The notes below the pieces were generated by a model. The model worked only from the letters and a program-made list of their open reading frames with translations. It was not told the origin of the DNA and did not search any database. Shown piece by piece: positions 1 through 9,147 of a stretch of DNA of 64,000 nt. Both the position numbers and the translations under genes were made by a program. Source of the stretch: Victivallales bacterium (GTDB lineage: Bacteria > Verrucomicrobiota > Lentisphaeria > Victivallales > GWF2-38-69); NCBI GenBank assembly GCA_965228125.1, contig OZ245791.1, positions 385,596 through 449,595 on the forward strand, given 5' to 3'. Each line of letters begins with the position of its first letter. Positions within the stretch are counted from its first letter, which is position 1.

Positions 1-110
1 CTTCCTGTAGAGAGGTCATCTATTATTATAATCTCATCGCCTCTTTTGATTAAACTTTCTGCAAGATATGAACCTATGAAGCCAGCGCCTCCTGTAATTA
101 AACAACGCAT
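1..110 (-). CDS. NAD-dependent epimerase/dehydratase (SDR family), N-terminal fragment; gene runs off the window
   Basis: Minus-strand ATG at 110-108 reads [36 protein letters not shown], a Rossmann GxxGxxG start typical of UDP-sugar epimerases/dehydratases. Track ORF 34..267 is another, spurious frame. Confidence 0.6.
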   Translation of the reverse strand, partial: MRCLITGGAGFIGSYLAESLIKRGDEIIIIDDLSTG

Positions 111-242
111 AACGAGTCCTAAATATTAAAGTTTGCAAAAGAAATAAAATATATAGAAAACATATATCATTTTCCTGACATATTAAATATAATAAATAGA
201 AAAACAGCCTTAATGTTAGTCCCTTAACAGCGAGTAAGATCT

Positions 243-521
243 GTGGATAGAATAACTTCTGAAGCAAAAATCAAAAATAATTTGGGTCTTCATGCCAGGC
301 CCTCTGCTGTTTTTGTACAAACTGCATCTAAATTTGATGCAGATATCACGATTGAAAGAAATGGCGATACAGTCAACGGGAAAAGCATTTTAGGCTTACT
401 AATGCTTGCCGCAGGGCAAGGCAGCATAATTAGAATAACAGCATCAGGTTCGGATGCTGATTTTGCTGTCAGATCTCTTGTAAAGCTAGTAGAAGAAGAC
501 CCAGAATTTAATGAGATATGA
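243..521 (+). CDS. ptsH: Phosphocarrier protein HPr
   Basis: GTG start. GLHARPS (His15 site) and NGKSILGLLML (Ser46 site) motifs. ATGA overlap with downstream ptsI. Confidence 0.9.
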   Translation: MDRITSEAKIKNNLGLHARPSAVFVQTASKFDADITIERNGDTVNGKSILGLLMLAAGQGSIIRITASGSDADFAVRSLVKLVEEDPEFNEI

Positions 522-2311
522 CAGATAACGTTGGCCTAAAATCTGAGATGGTACTCTCTGGCATTCCAGCTTCGCCGGGGATAGCTGTAGGTACGGCACT
601 TGTCTTAGTTAATAGAATATCTAATGTTGAAAAACGCTTTATATCCCCTCAACAAGTACCCGAAGAATTCGATAAGTTGGAAAATGCAGTAGAGTTAACA
701 AAAAAACAAATTTTCAGTTTTAAAGAAAAAGTGCTGAACGAGCTGGAGAATCAGCTAGATGCAAAAATTTTCGATGCCCATATTCTTATTTTAGATGATA
801 TCACCCTACTAAACTCCGTTAAAGAAGAAATCAAGCAAAATCTCCTATGTGCTGACTATGTCTTCTTCGAAAAAATTCAATCATACATAAAAGCCGTATC
901 CAAAATTGAAGACCTCTATCTAAAAGAAAGGGCCTCTGACATAAGAGACGTGGCATCGCGGGTTATACTGAATATTCACGGCAAGGAACTTGAAGATCTC
1001 AAAAATCTTCCGGGACAGAGAATCATTGTTGGACTTGAACTCTCCCCTTCAGATACCGTTACGATGGACAGAGACAATGTTCAGGCATTTGCTACTGAAA
1101 CAGGCAGCAGGACTTCTCACGCTACCATTATAGCAAGATCCATGAAAATTCCGGCTGTAGTTGGCATAAAATCCGGCCTGGCGCAGGCACATTCAGGCGA
1201 TATTATAATTATTGACGGCTATCAAGGAATAGTAATAATCAATCCTTCTTTGCATACTTTAAATTTGTATGCTGAAAAAGAAATTGTTGGTGGAAAACTC
1301 ATCGGAGCACTTAAAGAAGTATCCAATCTTAGTTCTGAAACTATTGACGGATACAATATTCACTTGAGAGCTAATATTGAGTTGCTGGAAGATATAAATG
1401 ACGCAGAAGTTAATAATGCAGCAGGTATTGGGTTGTATAGAACTGAATATCTTTACATCTCCAGGAGCGAACTGCCAAGCGAAGAAGTTCAGTTTGAAAA
1501 CTATAGTGCTGTTGCTCGTTCCGCCAAAGGTAAACCGGTAATAATCAGAACCCTTGATTTAGGGGGAGACAAACTTCTCTTAAACGACATCATTTTTAGC
1601 GCCGAAAAAAATCCTTTTCTGGGATTTCGATCCATAAGACTATGCCTCGCCTATCCCGAAATTTTCAAAATTCAGTTAAGGGCAATTTTGCGGGCAAGCA
1701 TATATGGCGATATTAAAATTATGTTTCCAATGATCAGTTGTCTGGAAGAGGTAACTCAAGCCCTGCAACTACTGAATGAATCAAAACATGAACTAGACCA
1801 GAAACATATTCCTTACTCAAAAAATATCGAAGTTGGAATTATGATTGAAACCCCTTCGGCCGCTCTCATGTCCGACAAGCTGGCAGAAAAAGTTAATTTC
1901 CTCAGCTTGGGAACCAATGATCTTGTCCAATACACAATGGCAGTTGACAGGAACAGTGAAGAAGTATCTTACCTTTACCAACCGTCCCATCCTTCAGTAC
2001 TTAGACTTATTAAACAAACTATAGATGCTGCAAAAAAACACGGCATATCAGTAGGCATATGTGGAGAAATGGCCAGCGATCCTCAATATACAGTGCTTCT
2101 TATTGGGCTTGAATTCAATGAATTCAGTATGAGCCCTGTTTCTATAAATATCATCAAAAAGATTATAAGAAATACAAACATGCACGAAGCTAAAAAAATT
2201 GTGGAACAAGCTTTAAATTGCTCCACGGCTGACGAAACTTTGAATTTATCTCTCGAATACCTAAAAAAAGTAGTGCCCGATATTTATAACATAGTAATTA
2301 AAGGTTCGTAA
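518..2311 (+). CDS. ptsI: Phosphoenolpyruvate-protein phosphotransferase (PTS enzyme I)
   Basis: 597 aa. TGSRTSHATIIARS phosphohistidine region, GLYRTEYLY and SLGTNDLVQYT PEP-utilising motifs. Coupled to ptsH. Confidence 0.95.
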   Translation: MTDNVGLKSEMVLSGIPASPGIAVGTALVLVNRISNVEKRFISPQQVPEEFDKLENAVELTKKQIFSFKEKVLNELENQLDAKIFDAHILILDDITLLNSVKEEIKQNLLCADYVFFEKIQSYIKAVSKIEDLYLKERASDIRDVASRVILNIHGKELEDLKNLPGQRIIVGLELSPSDTVTMDRDNVQAFATETGSRTSHATIIARSMKIPAVVGIKSGLAQAHSGDIIIIDGYQGIVIINPSLHTLNLYAEKEIVGGKLIGALKEVSNLSSETIDGYNIHLRANIELLEDINDAEVNNAAGIGLYRTEYLYISRSELPSEEVQFENYSAVARSAKGKPVIIRTLDLGGDKLLLNDIIFSAEKNPFLGFRSIRLCLAYPEIFKIQLRAILRASIYGDIKIMFPMISCLEEVTQALQLLNESKHELDQKHIPYSKNIEVGIMIETPSAALMSDKLAEKVNFLSLGTNDLVQYTMAVDRNSEEVSYLYQPSHPSVLRLIKQTIDAAKKHGISVGICGEMASDPQYTVLLIGLEFNEFSMSPVSINIIKKIIRNTNMHEAKKIVEQALNCSTADETLNLSLEYLKKVVPDIYNIVIKGS

Positions 2312-2313
2312 AA

Positions 2314-2769
2314 ATGGATGCCAGACCAAATTGGGATGAATATTTCATGAAAATTGCTGAAGCAACTGCTGCAAGAAGCAATTGCTGCCGAAGACATGTC
2401 GGCGCAGTGATAGTCAAAGACAACAGAATAATTTCCACAGGATACAATGGAACCCCAAGGGGAATTAAAAATTGTTTTGATGGCGGTTGCCCTCGTTGCA
2501 ACTCCAATGCTACAACCGGTGAAAAACTAGATCAGTGCATTTGTTCACATGCCGAAGAAAATGCAATCGTTCAGGCAGCTTATCACGGGGTAGCCGTGAA
2601 AGACTCAAAAATATACACGACTTATAGCCCATGCCTTATATGTACTAAAATGATAATAAATGCAGGAATCAAAGAAGTAGTCTACAAAGATATCTACAAA
2701 TTTGAGGAAACTGTTAAAAATCTTTTTGCTGAGGCAAATATTATAATCAGAGAAATATTCAAAAATTGA
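2314..2769 (+). CDS. dCMP deaminase / ComEB-type cytidine-deoxycytidylate deaminase
   Basis: 151 aa with zinc motifs HAEENA and PCLICTKMI (H-A-E ... P-C-x-x-C). Confidence 0.85.
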   Translation: MDARPNWDEYFMKIAEATAARSNCCRRHVGAVIVKDNRIISTGYNGTPRGIKNCFDGGCPRCNSNATTGEKLDQCICSHAEENAIVQAAYHGVAVKDSKIYTTYSPCLICTKMIINAGIKEVVYKDIYKFEETVKNLFAEANIIIREIFKN

Positions 2770-2775
2770 CGAACA

Positions 2776-3264
2776 ATGTTTACAAAAGCCACAACTTTCA
2801 ATGATTTTAATCTGATTGAGTCTCTCGCCAGAGAGATATGGACAGAACATTACACTCCTATTATAGGCAAGCCTCAGGTTAACTATATGCTAATGAAGTA
2901 TAGTTCGGCAAAATACATGTCAGAGCAAACAAAAGATCCAAACTGCCATTACTACATTATAAAAGACAGCAAAGACCCCATAGGGTACATCTCTATCACA
3001 TTCAAAAATAATGACTTATTCCTAAATAAATTTTATGTAATATCATCAGAACGCGGTAGAGGTTTCGGAAGAATGGCGATAAATTTTATTGAAAGTCTAG
3101 CCAGAGGAAAAGGTTTGGAGAAAATCACTCTGAGAGTCAACAAACTTAATAAAGATACCATAGATAAATATGAGAAGTTGGGATTTCTTAAAGTTGAATC
3201 CCTAGTCCAGGACATTGGTAATGGCTATGTTATGGATGACTACAAAATGGAAAAACTTTTATAG
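2776..3264 (+). CDS. GNAT family N-acetyltransferase
   Basis: 162 aa. Acetyl-CoA pocket pattern RGRGFGRMAINFIE (R/Q-x-x-G-x-G/A). Confidence 0.7.
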   Translation: MFTKATTFNDFNLIESLAREIWTEHYTPIIGKPQVNYMLMKYSSAKYMSEQTKDPNCHYYIIKDSKDPIGYISITFKNNDLFLNKFYVISSERGRGFGRMAINFIESLARGKGLEKITLRVNKLNKDTIDKYEKLGFLKVESLVQDIGNGYVMDDYKMEKLL

Positions 3265-3282
3265 CCATCCATTCTTAGAACT

Positions 3283-4689
3283 TTAGAAATTGGATCTGTA
3301 CTTATAATAATCTATTTTGGTTCTTCTCGATGTCTTTTCAATAATCTTCTTTGTAAAGGCGTTAGCTCTATGAAAAATATCCTTTTCGTCAATGCTTGTG
3401 AGTTTTCCATTCTCTACAACAACATTGCCGTTTACAATAGTATAATCGGTTCTCATTCCAGCGCCGCAAAATACAATTGCAGACATCGGATCTGACATTG
3501 CTCCTGCGAAGTCTAATCTCTCCAAATTAAATATAGCTATATCGGCCGCCTGCCCTGCTTTTATTGAACCAATCTTAGGGTTATTGAACACCCTGCTTCC
3601 TCCACTGGTTGCAATATACAAGGCCTTCTGAGGCGTCATTCTCTCTTCTGAAGAACCGATTCTATTTATAAGCATGGCAAGCTGTATTTCCCTGACAAAA
3701 TTTCCGGCATCATTGCTTGCGCTTCCATCAACAGCAAGGCTGACCTTCACGCCTGCATCAATCATGTCAGGAACACGGCATATGCCTGATCCAAGCCTCA
3801 TATTTGACGCAGGACAATGTGCTATACCTGTTCCGGTTTTTGCCAGAACTTTGATTTCTTCATCGTTAAAGTGGATCCCGTGCGCATAAAACACGTCATT
3901 TCCGATCCATCCGCAATCGTCCATATATTCCAAAGGCCGCTTGTTAAACATCCTAAGACAGTATTCTTCTTCATCCTTGGTTTCGCAAAGATGGGTATGC
4001 ATCAGTACGCCCATTTTTCTGGCATACTTAGCTGTGTCCTTCAAAATATCCGTTGTTACTGAAAAAGGAGAACATGGAGCAAGAATGATCTTGTTCATCG
4101 CAAAAGGATCTACATCGTGATATTTTTTGATAATCCTGTCGCAGTCTTTCAGTATCTCTTCAGGAGACTGGACTACAGTATCGGGAGGAAGTCCGCCATT
4201 TGATTTGCCCCTTGTCATACTACCTCTGCAAGGATAGAATCTCATCCCCATTTTATTCGCTATATCTATTTCAATGTCAAGAATTTCATTAGAAGTTCCC
4301 TTTGGGTAAACATAATAATGGTCGGTGCTTGTAGTACAACCCGAGAGAAGAAGTTCTCCTACAGCTATCTTTGTACTTAGCTCTACGAATTCTTCATTCA
4401 ATTCCGTCCAGATTTCATAGAGAAGTACCAGCCAATCGAAAAGTTTTACGCTTTGTATGGCAGGAATATTCCTTGTTAATGTCTGATAGAAATGGTGGTG
4501 CGTATTGATGAATCCCGGATAAACCACTTTATTGCTTCCATCAATGACTCTTGCCCCTGTCGGAACAGCAATATCTTTTCCTATTTCAGCTATTTTATTT
4601 CCTTCTATTCTGAGATCTACTCCGGTAAGAACCGTGAACTTTTCATCCATCGTAACAAGATTCCGGATATTTTTAATCAGAATAGACAT
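3283..4689 (-). CDS. Amidohydrolase of the ATZ/TRZ (chlorohydrolase / 8-oxoguanine-deaminase-like) group
   Basis: FINTHHHFYQTLTR metal-binding HxH motif, HTHLCET and AVDGSASND motifs. I prefer the ATG at 4689 (MSILIKN), preceded by AGGGGAGGG, over the track start at 4731. Confidence 0.8.
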   Translation of the reverse strand: MSILIKNIRNLVTMDEKFTVLTGVDLRIEGNKIAEIGKDIAVPTGARVIDGSNKVVYPGFINTHHHFYQTLTRNIPAIQSVKLFDWLVLLYEIWTELNEEFVELSTKIAVGELLLSGCTTSTDHYYVYPKGTSNEILDIEIDIANKMGMRFYPCRGSMTRGKSNGGLPPDTVVQSPEEILKDCDRIIKKYHDVDPFAMNKIILAPCSPFSVTTDILKDTAKYARKMGVLMHTHLCETKDEEEYCLRMFNKRPLEYMDDCGWIGNDVFYAHGIHFNDEEIKVLAKTGTGIAHCPASNMRLGSGICRVPDMIDAGVKVSLAVDGSASNDAGNFVREIQLAMLINRIGSSEERMTPQKALYIATSGGSRVFNNPKIGSIKAGQAADIAIFNLERLDFAGAMSDPMSAIVFCGAGMRTDYTIVNGNVVVENGKLTSIDEKDIFHRANAFTKKIIEKTSRRTKIDYYKYRSNF

Positions 4690-4771
4690 AGACCCTCCCC
4701 TTTTTTCTTCATGCTTTTCATGTTCATTCATCCTGCTTCTTTAAATGGAAGTATATCTTTAAAATGAATAT

Positions 4772-4796
4772 AAAAAAGCTCGGGGCCGAACTTTTA
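4772..4796 (-). terminator. Possible intrinsic terminator downstream of intI
   Basis: The minus strand reads AAAAGTTCGGCCCCGAGCTTTTTT: a short GC stem followed by a T-run, about 140 nt after the intI stop. Confidence 0.35.
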
Positions 4797-4935
4797 AAAT
4801 AATTCAGTCTTACATTGAATTTGATAGAATGAGCCAAAACCGTAACATCCGCGGCGAGGCAATGTTAACGTAAAAGAGGATATATTATCGTGCTATAAAT
4901 TGTTTAGCTGCTTTTAAATATGGGAGGTTTTGGCA

Positions 4936-6177
4936 TTATGCCACATCCAATGGGCTTTTTACCCCCAACTTGTTCCGCTTTGCGATATGTGTGTATATCA
5001 TTGTTGTCTGAACATTGGAATGCCCCAGCAGTTCCTGGATTGTCCTGATGTCATACCCTGCTTCAAGAAGATGCGTGGCAAAACTATGCCTGAAAGTATG
5101 AACTGAAGCCTTTTTGATAATTCCTGCATTATCCACAGCTCTCTTAATCTGTTTTTGCAAAGTAATAGGCTGTACATGATGTCTTCTTACTATAGCCGTT
5201 CTGGGATCGATGCTCAGGTTACTTGATGGGAACAGCCAGAACCATTTCCATTCTTTTCCAGCATTTGGATATTTTCTATCAAGGCCTTCCGGCAGTTTTA
5301 CTCCTTCAATATTGTTTGCCCTGTCATTATCATAAACATGCTTTGTTTCTGCGATATGCGCCTGCAGATTATTAATAATAGAATCAGGCAGAAGGGTTTC
5401 CCTGTCTTTCTCTCCTTTGCCTCCTCTTACAGATATTACACGCCGTTCGAAATCAACATCCTGAATTCTAAGCCTTATACATTCCGCAAGCCTCAACCCT
5501 CCTCCATATATTATCTGAGTCATCAGTTTATAAACACCTTTAAGGTTGCCGATTACTTTCAGACACTCATCTGAGGTCATGACAACCGGAATCTTTTCCC
5601 CTTTTTTTGCCCTTACCGTTTCCGATAAATCTCCGGGACTTTTATGCAGTACGTTTTTATAAACAAAAAGCAAAGAGTTGAAAGCCTGATTCTGTGATGA
5701 TGCCGACCTCTGCCTGCCAACAGCAAGACTGGAAATAAAATCCCTTATATCTTTCTGCTCGATTTTATCCACAGGCATGCCTTTTAAAAATTCATGAAAC
5801 TTTCCTAGCCAGCCCAAATATATTTTCTCCGTGGAATATGACAGATGTTTCAACCTTAGGACATTCTTTGTTTCATTGTAAAGCCTCAACCAGTCTTCAC
5901 TGTAAGAGCCGGCAGCATGATTAGCAAAACTGTTTTTCATGCTCTGAAAATAAAAATAATATCGTAAAGTGTCATCTGCCTGTTTTACCTGCCATTCCTC
6001 ATATCTCAAACTCAATTTTCCTAAAAACTGTTTAGTATGCTCAGCCTTCATTTCAAGGAGGTTCTCATTGCAGTATTTTACATATTCGCTCAGCCAGAAA
6101 ATATAATACTTTACATAATCTTTCCTGACACCGCATTTCAAAACCAGAAAATCGTTAAAATCTGTATCTTTATTCAT
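4936..6177 (-). CDS. intI: Integron integrase
   Basis: 413 aa. Tyrosine-recombinase boxes GGLRLAECIRLR, HTFRHSFATHLL and LGHSNVQTTMIYTH. IntI-specific insertion LPEGLDRKYPNAGKEWKWFWLFPS...IDPRTAIVRRHH. C-terminal GVKSPLD. Confidence 0.9.
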   Translation of the reverse strand: MNKDTDFNDFLVLKCGVRKDYVKYYIFWLSEYVKYCNENLLEMKAEHTKQFLGKLSLRYEEWQVKQADDTLRYYFYFQSMKNSFANHAAGSYSEDWLRLYNETKNVLRLKHLSYSTEKIYLGWLGKFHEFLKGMPVDKIEQKDIRDFISSLAVGRQRSASSQNQAFNSLLFVYKNVLHKSPGDLSETVRAKKGEKIPVVMTSDECLKVIGNLKGVYKLMTQIIYGGGLRLAECIRLRIQDVDFERRVISVRGGKGEKDRETLLPDSIINNLQAHIAETKHVYDNDRANNIEGVKLPEGLDRKYPNAGKEWKWFWLFPSSNLSIDPRTAIVRRHHVQPITLQKQIKRAVDNAGIIKKASVHTFRHSFATHLLEAGYDIRTIQELLGHSNVQTTMIYTHIAKRNKLGVKSPLDVA

Positions 6178-6293
6178 AAATAACCTTCAATATTTATTCT
6201 CCTAAATTATCAAGATAGAGCTTTAATATAAAATACGTATATCTTGCTTAATTTACATAGATTATATACAGTAGTTTTTCATTTTCTACTTAG

Positions 6294-6321
6294 TTGAAAA
6301 TCTTATTAAAAGAAATATAAT
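6294..6321 (+). promoter_or_regulatory. Candidate cassette promoter (Pc-like)
   Basis: TTGAAA (6294-6299), 16-nt spacer, TATAAT (6316-6321), pointing into the cassette array from the intI-attI spacer. The AT-rich background raises the chance of a random match. Confidence 0.35.
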
Positions 6322-6378
6322 GAGGCTATCAATCCTTCCACAGGAGAAATTAATACATATATAGAATTAATGTTAGAG
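6322..6378 (+). other. Candidate attI region with crossover box GTTAGAG
   Basis: AATGTTAGAG at 6369-6378 resembles the right ends of the array's attC sites (AATGTTAGC, AATGTTAAAT, TATGTTACC). It lies between intI and the first cassette ORF. Confidence 0.4.
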
Positions 6379-6402
6379 AGAAATAATAAAAAGGGCAAAC
6401 TT

Positions 6403-7533
6403 ATGACTTTAATTTCAGGTTTCAGTAAAAACTATTGCCCGATTATTTTGGGAGATTTATTAATTTCAAATAATGATAGTAAAGAGCAATTAATCACTCT
6501 CCCAACAATTGGAAAAATTTCAAAGCAAGATTTTTCTAGATGTAGTTACTCGCCATGTGGATTTTCACAGAAAATAAACCTACTTAGTCCCAAATTAGCC
6601 TTAGGTTGGGCAGGAAGCAAAATCCATGCAAAAACATTTATGGATGAATTAATCACCTTAGGTGTACATGATGATCCTTCCCATCAAGCAATAAATGATA
6701 TCTACAATAATATAGTGACTAATCCTAATGATTTATCAATAATTGGTATTTATAGAAACAATAGTGAAATAAGAATTTTTGATTTTAATGCTTGGCCAAC
6801 CGACTCTAACTCTAATTTTGAATATTTTAAGTCTGCAGGTTCAGGTTATGGAACTTTGTTAGATATTACTGAAATAAATGATTTTAATCTGAATGTGACT
6901 TCTGGAAAAATCAATAAACTAGAAATAGGAATTGCAACTGCTGTTAATATAATTACGGCTTTATTAAGTGAAGAATTACTAACACAGTCTTCAATTCAAA
7001 ATTTATTTGGTGCTGGTTATGAGTTAGTTCATCCTTATAAATCGATTTTAAAAAAATTTGATGATTTAACTTACTTATTTTGGTCTATAGAAGAGTTTGA
7101 AATAAATAATTGGCGACTTCAATCGTCTCCTTTTCTTGTTTCTAAATATTCGTACCACAATGATATACTAGTAATTAGAGCTATGCATATCAAACAAAAT
7201 GATAATATTAATTCCTGTAAAATTGAGAAAGATGAATTACATATTGTATCTCCAATATATGGGACATTTAATGCTGATAAGTTAATTGGTTTTGCTCCTC
7301 AAACACTAAATTCAAAAATGATATGCAATGTTTTTTTATATAAAACAGTTAATAATGAAGTTGGAACATTTGCTGAGTTTGGCAAATATAATACAGAATC
7401 TCCACCTGTAATATTCAAAAATGAATTTACTAAAAATGAAGGAATAGATATTAATACTAATTTCATAAAAAAAGTTTTATTAAAATTTAACTCTAAATTC
7501 TTAAAAGAAGGAAAAAAGAACTCTAACAAGTAG
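6403..7533 (+). CDS. Cassette 1: orphan protein with N-terminal proteasome/HslV-like Ntn-hydrolase signature and an unknown C-terminal domain
   Basis: The long ORF is certain. Start chosen at ATG 6403 (MTLISGF) because the track start at 6370 spans the putative attI crossover. Motifs: Met-Thr start, LGD 16 residues later, QKI...LGWAGS, SAGSGYG. Confidence 0.6.
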   Translation: MTLISGFSKNYCPIILGDLLISNNDSKEQLITLPTIGKISKQDFSRCSYSPCGFSQKINLLSPKLALGWAGSKIHAKTFMDELITLGVHDDPSHQAINDIYNNIVTNPNDLSIIGIYRNNSEIRIFDFNAWPTDSNSNFEYFKSAGSGYGTLLDITEINDFNLNVTSGKINKLEIGIATAVNIITALLSEELLTQSSIQNLFGAGYELVHPYKSILKKFDDLTYLFWSIEEFEINNWRLQSSPFLVSKYSYHNDILVIRAMHIKQNDNINSCKIEKDELHIVSPIYGTFNADKLIGFAPQTLNSKMICNVFLYKTVNNEVGTFAEFGKYNTESPPVIFKNEFTKNEGIDINTNFIKKVLLKFNSKFLKEGKKNSNK

Positions 7534-7591
7534 ATGCACTTAATATTTTCTTGCTCCGCTGCGAAAATATAAGTGATCATTAATGTTAGCT
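7521..7591 (+). repeat. attC site 1
   Basis: CTCTAAC over the last codons; CACTTAATATTTTC / GAAAATATAAGTG inverted arms with one unpaired A; ends GTTAGCT. Confidence 0.7.
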
Positions 7592-7675
7592 TGAAAAGAA
7601 ATTGATAAAATAGAGATCATCCAGTATAATTATATCAGAAACTGAATCCAAATATAAAAAGGAAAGGTTACAGAA

Positions 7676-7897
7676 ATGAGCATAACACTTCCATTAGATA
7701 AAATGACTGTTTTAGAAAAAATCCAGACTATGGAATCTCTATGGGATGATTTGTGCCATCATAACTCAAAGGACATTTCTTCCCCTGCCTGGCATAAGGA
7801 AATTCTCTCTGAAAGAGAAAAAAGTATAAAAACAGGGAAATCTTCATTTATTGATTGGGAACAAGCTAAGAAAGAAATCCGAGATGCCATAAAATGA
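7676..7897 (+). CDS. Cassette 2: addiction-module antitoxin (TIGR02574-like)
   Basis: 73 aa. LEKIQTMESLWDDL...SPAWHKEILSERE pattern of the putative addiction module component family. ATGA overlap with the toxin. Confidence 0.75.
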   Translation: MSITLPLDKMTVLEKIQTMESLWDDLCHHNSKDISSPAWHKEILSEREKSIKTGKSSFIDWEQAKKEIRDAIK

Positions 7898-8190
7898 GAA
7901 TTCAAATCCTTGATTCGGCAAAGCAAGATTTGATTGATGGCTATTCCTTCTACGAAAAACAATCTTACTATCTGGGAAACTATTTCCTTGATTCCCTCTA
8001 TTCTGATATAGACTCTTTATTGATATACAATGGGATTCAAGAAAAACATTTTGACTATTTCAGAGCATTATCCGTTAAATTCCCATTTGCTATTTATTAC
8101 AGAATCGAAGATAGCATTATTAGAGTTTACGCTGTTTTAGATTGCCGTAAAGAACCAGCTTGGATAAGAAGTAAATTAAAAATTTTGTAG
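7894..8190 (+). CDS. Cassette 2: RelE/ParE-family toxin
   Basis: 98 aa. C-terminal FPFAIYYRIEDSIIRVYAVLDCRKEP pattern typical of ParE/RelE toxins. Coupled to the upstream antitoxin. Confidence 0.75.
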   Translation: MRIQILDSAKQDLIDGYSFYEKQSYYLGNYFLDSLYSDIDSLLIYNGIQEKHFDYFRALSVKFPFAIYYRIEDSIIRVYAVLDCRKEPAWIRSKLKIL

Positions 8191-8262
8191 AGCTAACCAA
8201 TCATTCCACTTAATCTGGAAAACGCTCCGCTTTTTTCCAGATAAGTGATTTCATTGTTATAA
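8191..8262 (+). repeat. attC site 2
   Basis: AGCTAAC directly after the stop; CACTTAATCTGGAAAA / TTTTCCAGATAAGTG arms with an extra A; ends GTTATAA. Confidence 0.7.
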
Positions 8263-8283
8263 GAAAAGAAAATAGAGCGACAA

Positions 8284-8748
8284 ATGAAAATATTTCAATT
8301 ATGTGACAAACCTGAAATGGTTAAATATATTGCTGAATATTGCTACAAAGAATGGGGATACAAAAAATCAAATAACAGTATAGAGAAAACTATAGAGCAA
8401 ATAAATAAAAGAGTCTATAATAAAAAACCACCAATAACCTTAGTTGCCATAGAAAATGATAAATATATTGGATCAGTTTCTCTAAAAATCAGAGAAATGA
8501 GCATATATCCTCAAAAACAATACTGGTTTGGTGATCTTTTTATTGTTCCAGAGAAAAGGAAAATGGGAATTGGTAGTAAACTTGTAAAAGCAATTGAAGA
8601 GCTTGCAATATCTATGGGAATAACTGAACTTAATTTATATACTCCAGACCAAGAAAAATTATATTTTAGTTTGGGGTGGAATACTGATGAAATTGTTCAA
8701 TACGAGAATTCTCAAGTCGTAGTAATGTCAAAAAAATTGAATTTATAA
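8284..8748 (+). CDS. Cassette 3: GNAT family N-acetyltransferase
   Basis: 154 aa. RKMGIGSKLVKAIEE acetyl-CoA motif. Confidence 0.7.
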   Translation: MKIFQLCDKPEMVKYIAEYCYKEWGYKKSNNSIEKTIEQINKRVYNKKPPITLVAIENDKYIGSVSLKIREMSIYPQKQYWFGDLFIVPEKRKMGIGSKLVKAIEELAISMGITELNLYTPDQEKLYFSLGWNTDEIVQYENSQVVVMSKKLNL

Positions 8749-8815
8749 CCAGACATTTCTCTTAATATTTTTGGGCTCAGCCGCCCAAAAATATAAGAGA
8801 ATTCCAATGTTAAAT
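8743..8815 (+). repeat. attC site 3
   Basis: TTATAAC over the stop; TCTCTTAATATTTTTGGG / CCCAAAAATATAAGAGA arms with an extra A; ends GTTAAAT, a perfect GTTRRRY. Confidence 0.7.
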
Positions 8816-8817
8816 GA

Positions 8818-9147
8818 ATGAAAATAATCATGGAAGAATACATAAAAATTGGAAAATCAGTAATACAAAAATATTATGATTATTCTGTCAAAAATATGAT
8901 AGATGATGCTACAGAGTATTTCCCTACACTAAAAACAATAATCAATGGAATAGTTGAAAGCATTCCGAGCGCAAATGAAAAAAGTAAAATAAAAAAATAT
9001 CTTAGAAGTTTTTCAAAGGAACTTTATTTAGACATGTGGGTAAAACAAGCTCAAGAAGATGAAGATTTTCCTGACATAGAAGAAGAAAGAAAGATTGCAG
9101 ATAAAGAATTTGAAAAATTTTTTAATAGAAAAAAAGATTGGATTTAA
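8818..9147 (+). CDS. Cassette 4: hypothetical protein
   Basis: 109-aa ORF filling the cassette. Acidic C-terminal half (QAQEDEDFPDIEEERK). I recognise no family. Confidence 0.5.
   Translation: MKIIMEEYIKIGKSVIQKYYDYSVKNMIDDATEYFPTLKTIINGIVESIPSANEKSKIKKYLRSFSKELYLDMWVKQAQEDEDFPDIEEERKIADKEFEKFFNRKKDWI

Noticed and set aside
243-2311. ptsH-ptsI without any EII gene nearby, considered as an unusual regulatory-only PTS
   Set aside because: EII components are commonly encoded elsewhere. Absence from a 64-kb window says nothing about the genome.
4833-4934. Inverted repeat GCCAAAACC...GGTTTTGGC enclosing CCGTAAC-n17-GTTAACG, on the far side of intI; considered as an extra attC or cassette
   Set aside because: It lies downstream of the intI 3' end (the wrong side for the array). 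The inner palindrome is too short, with almost no arm pairing. The outer repeat overlaps the intI stop, so it is more likely a transcript-end structure. I could not support it as a recombination site.
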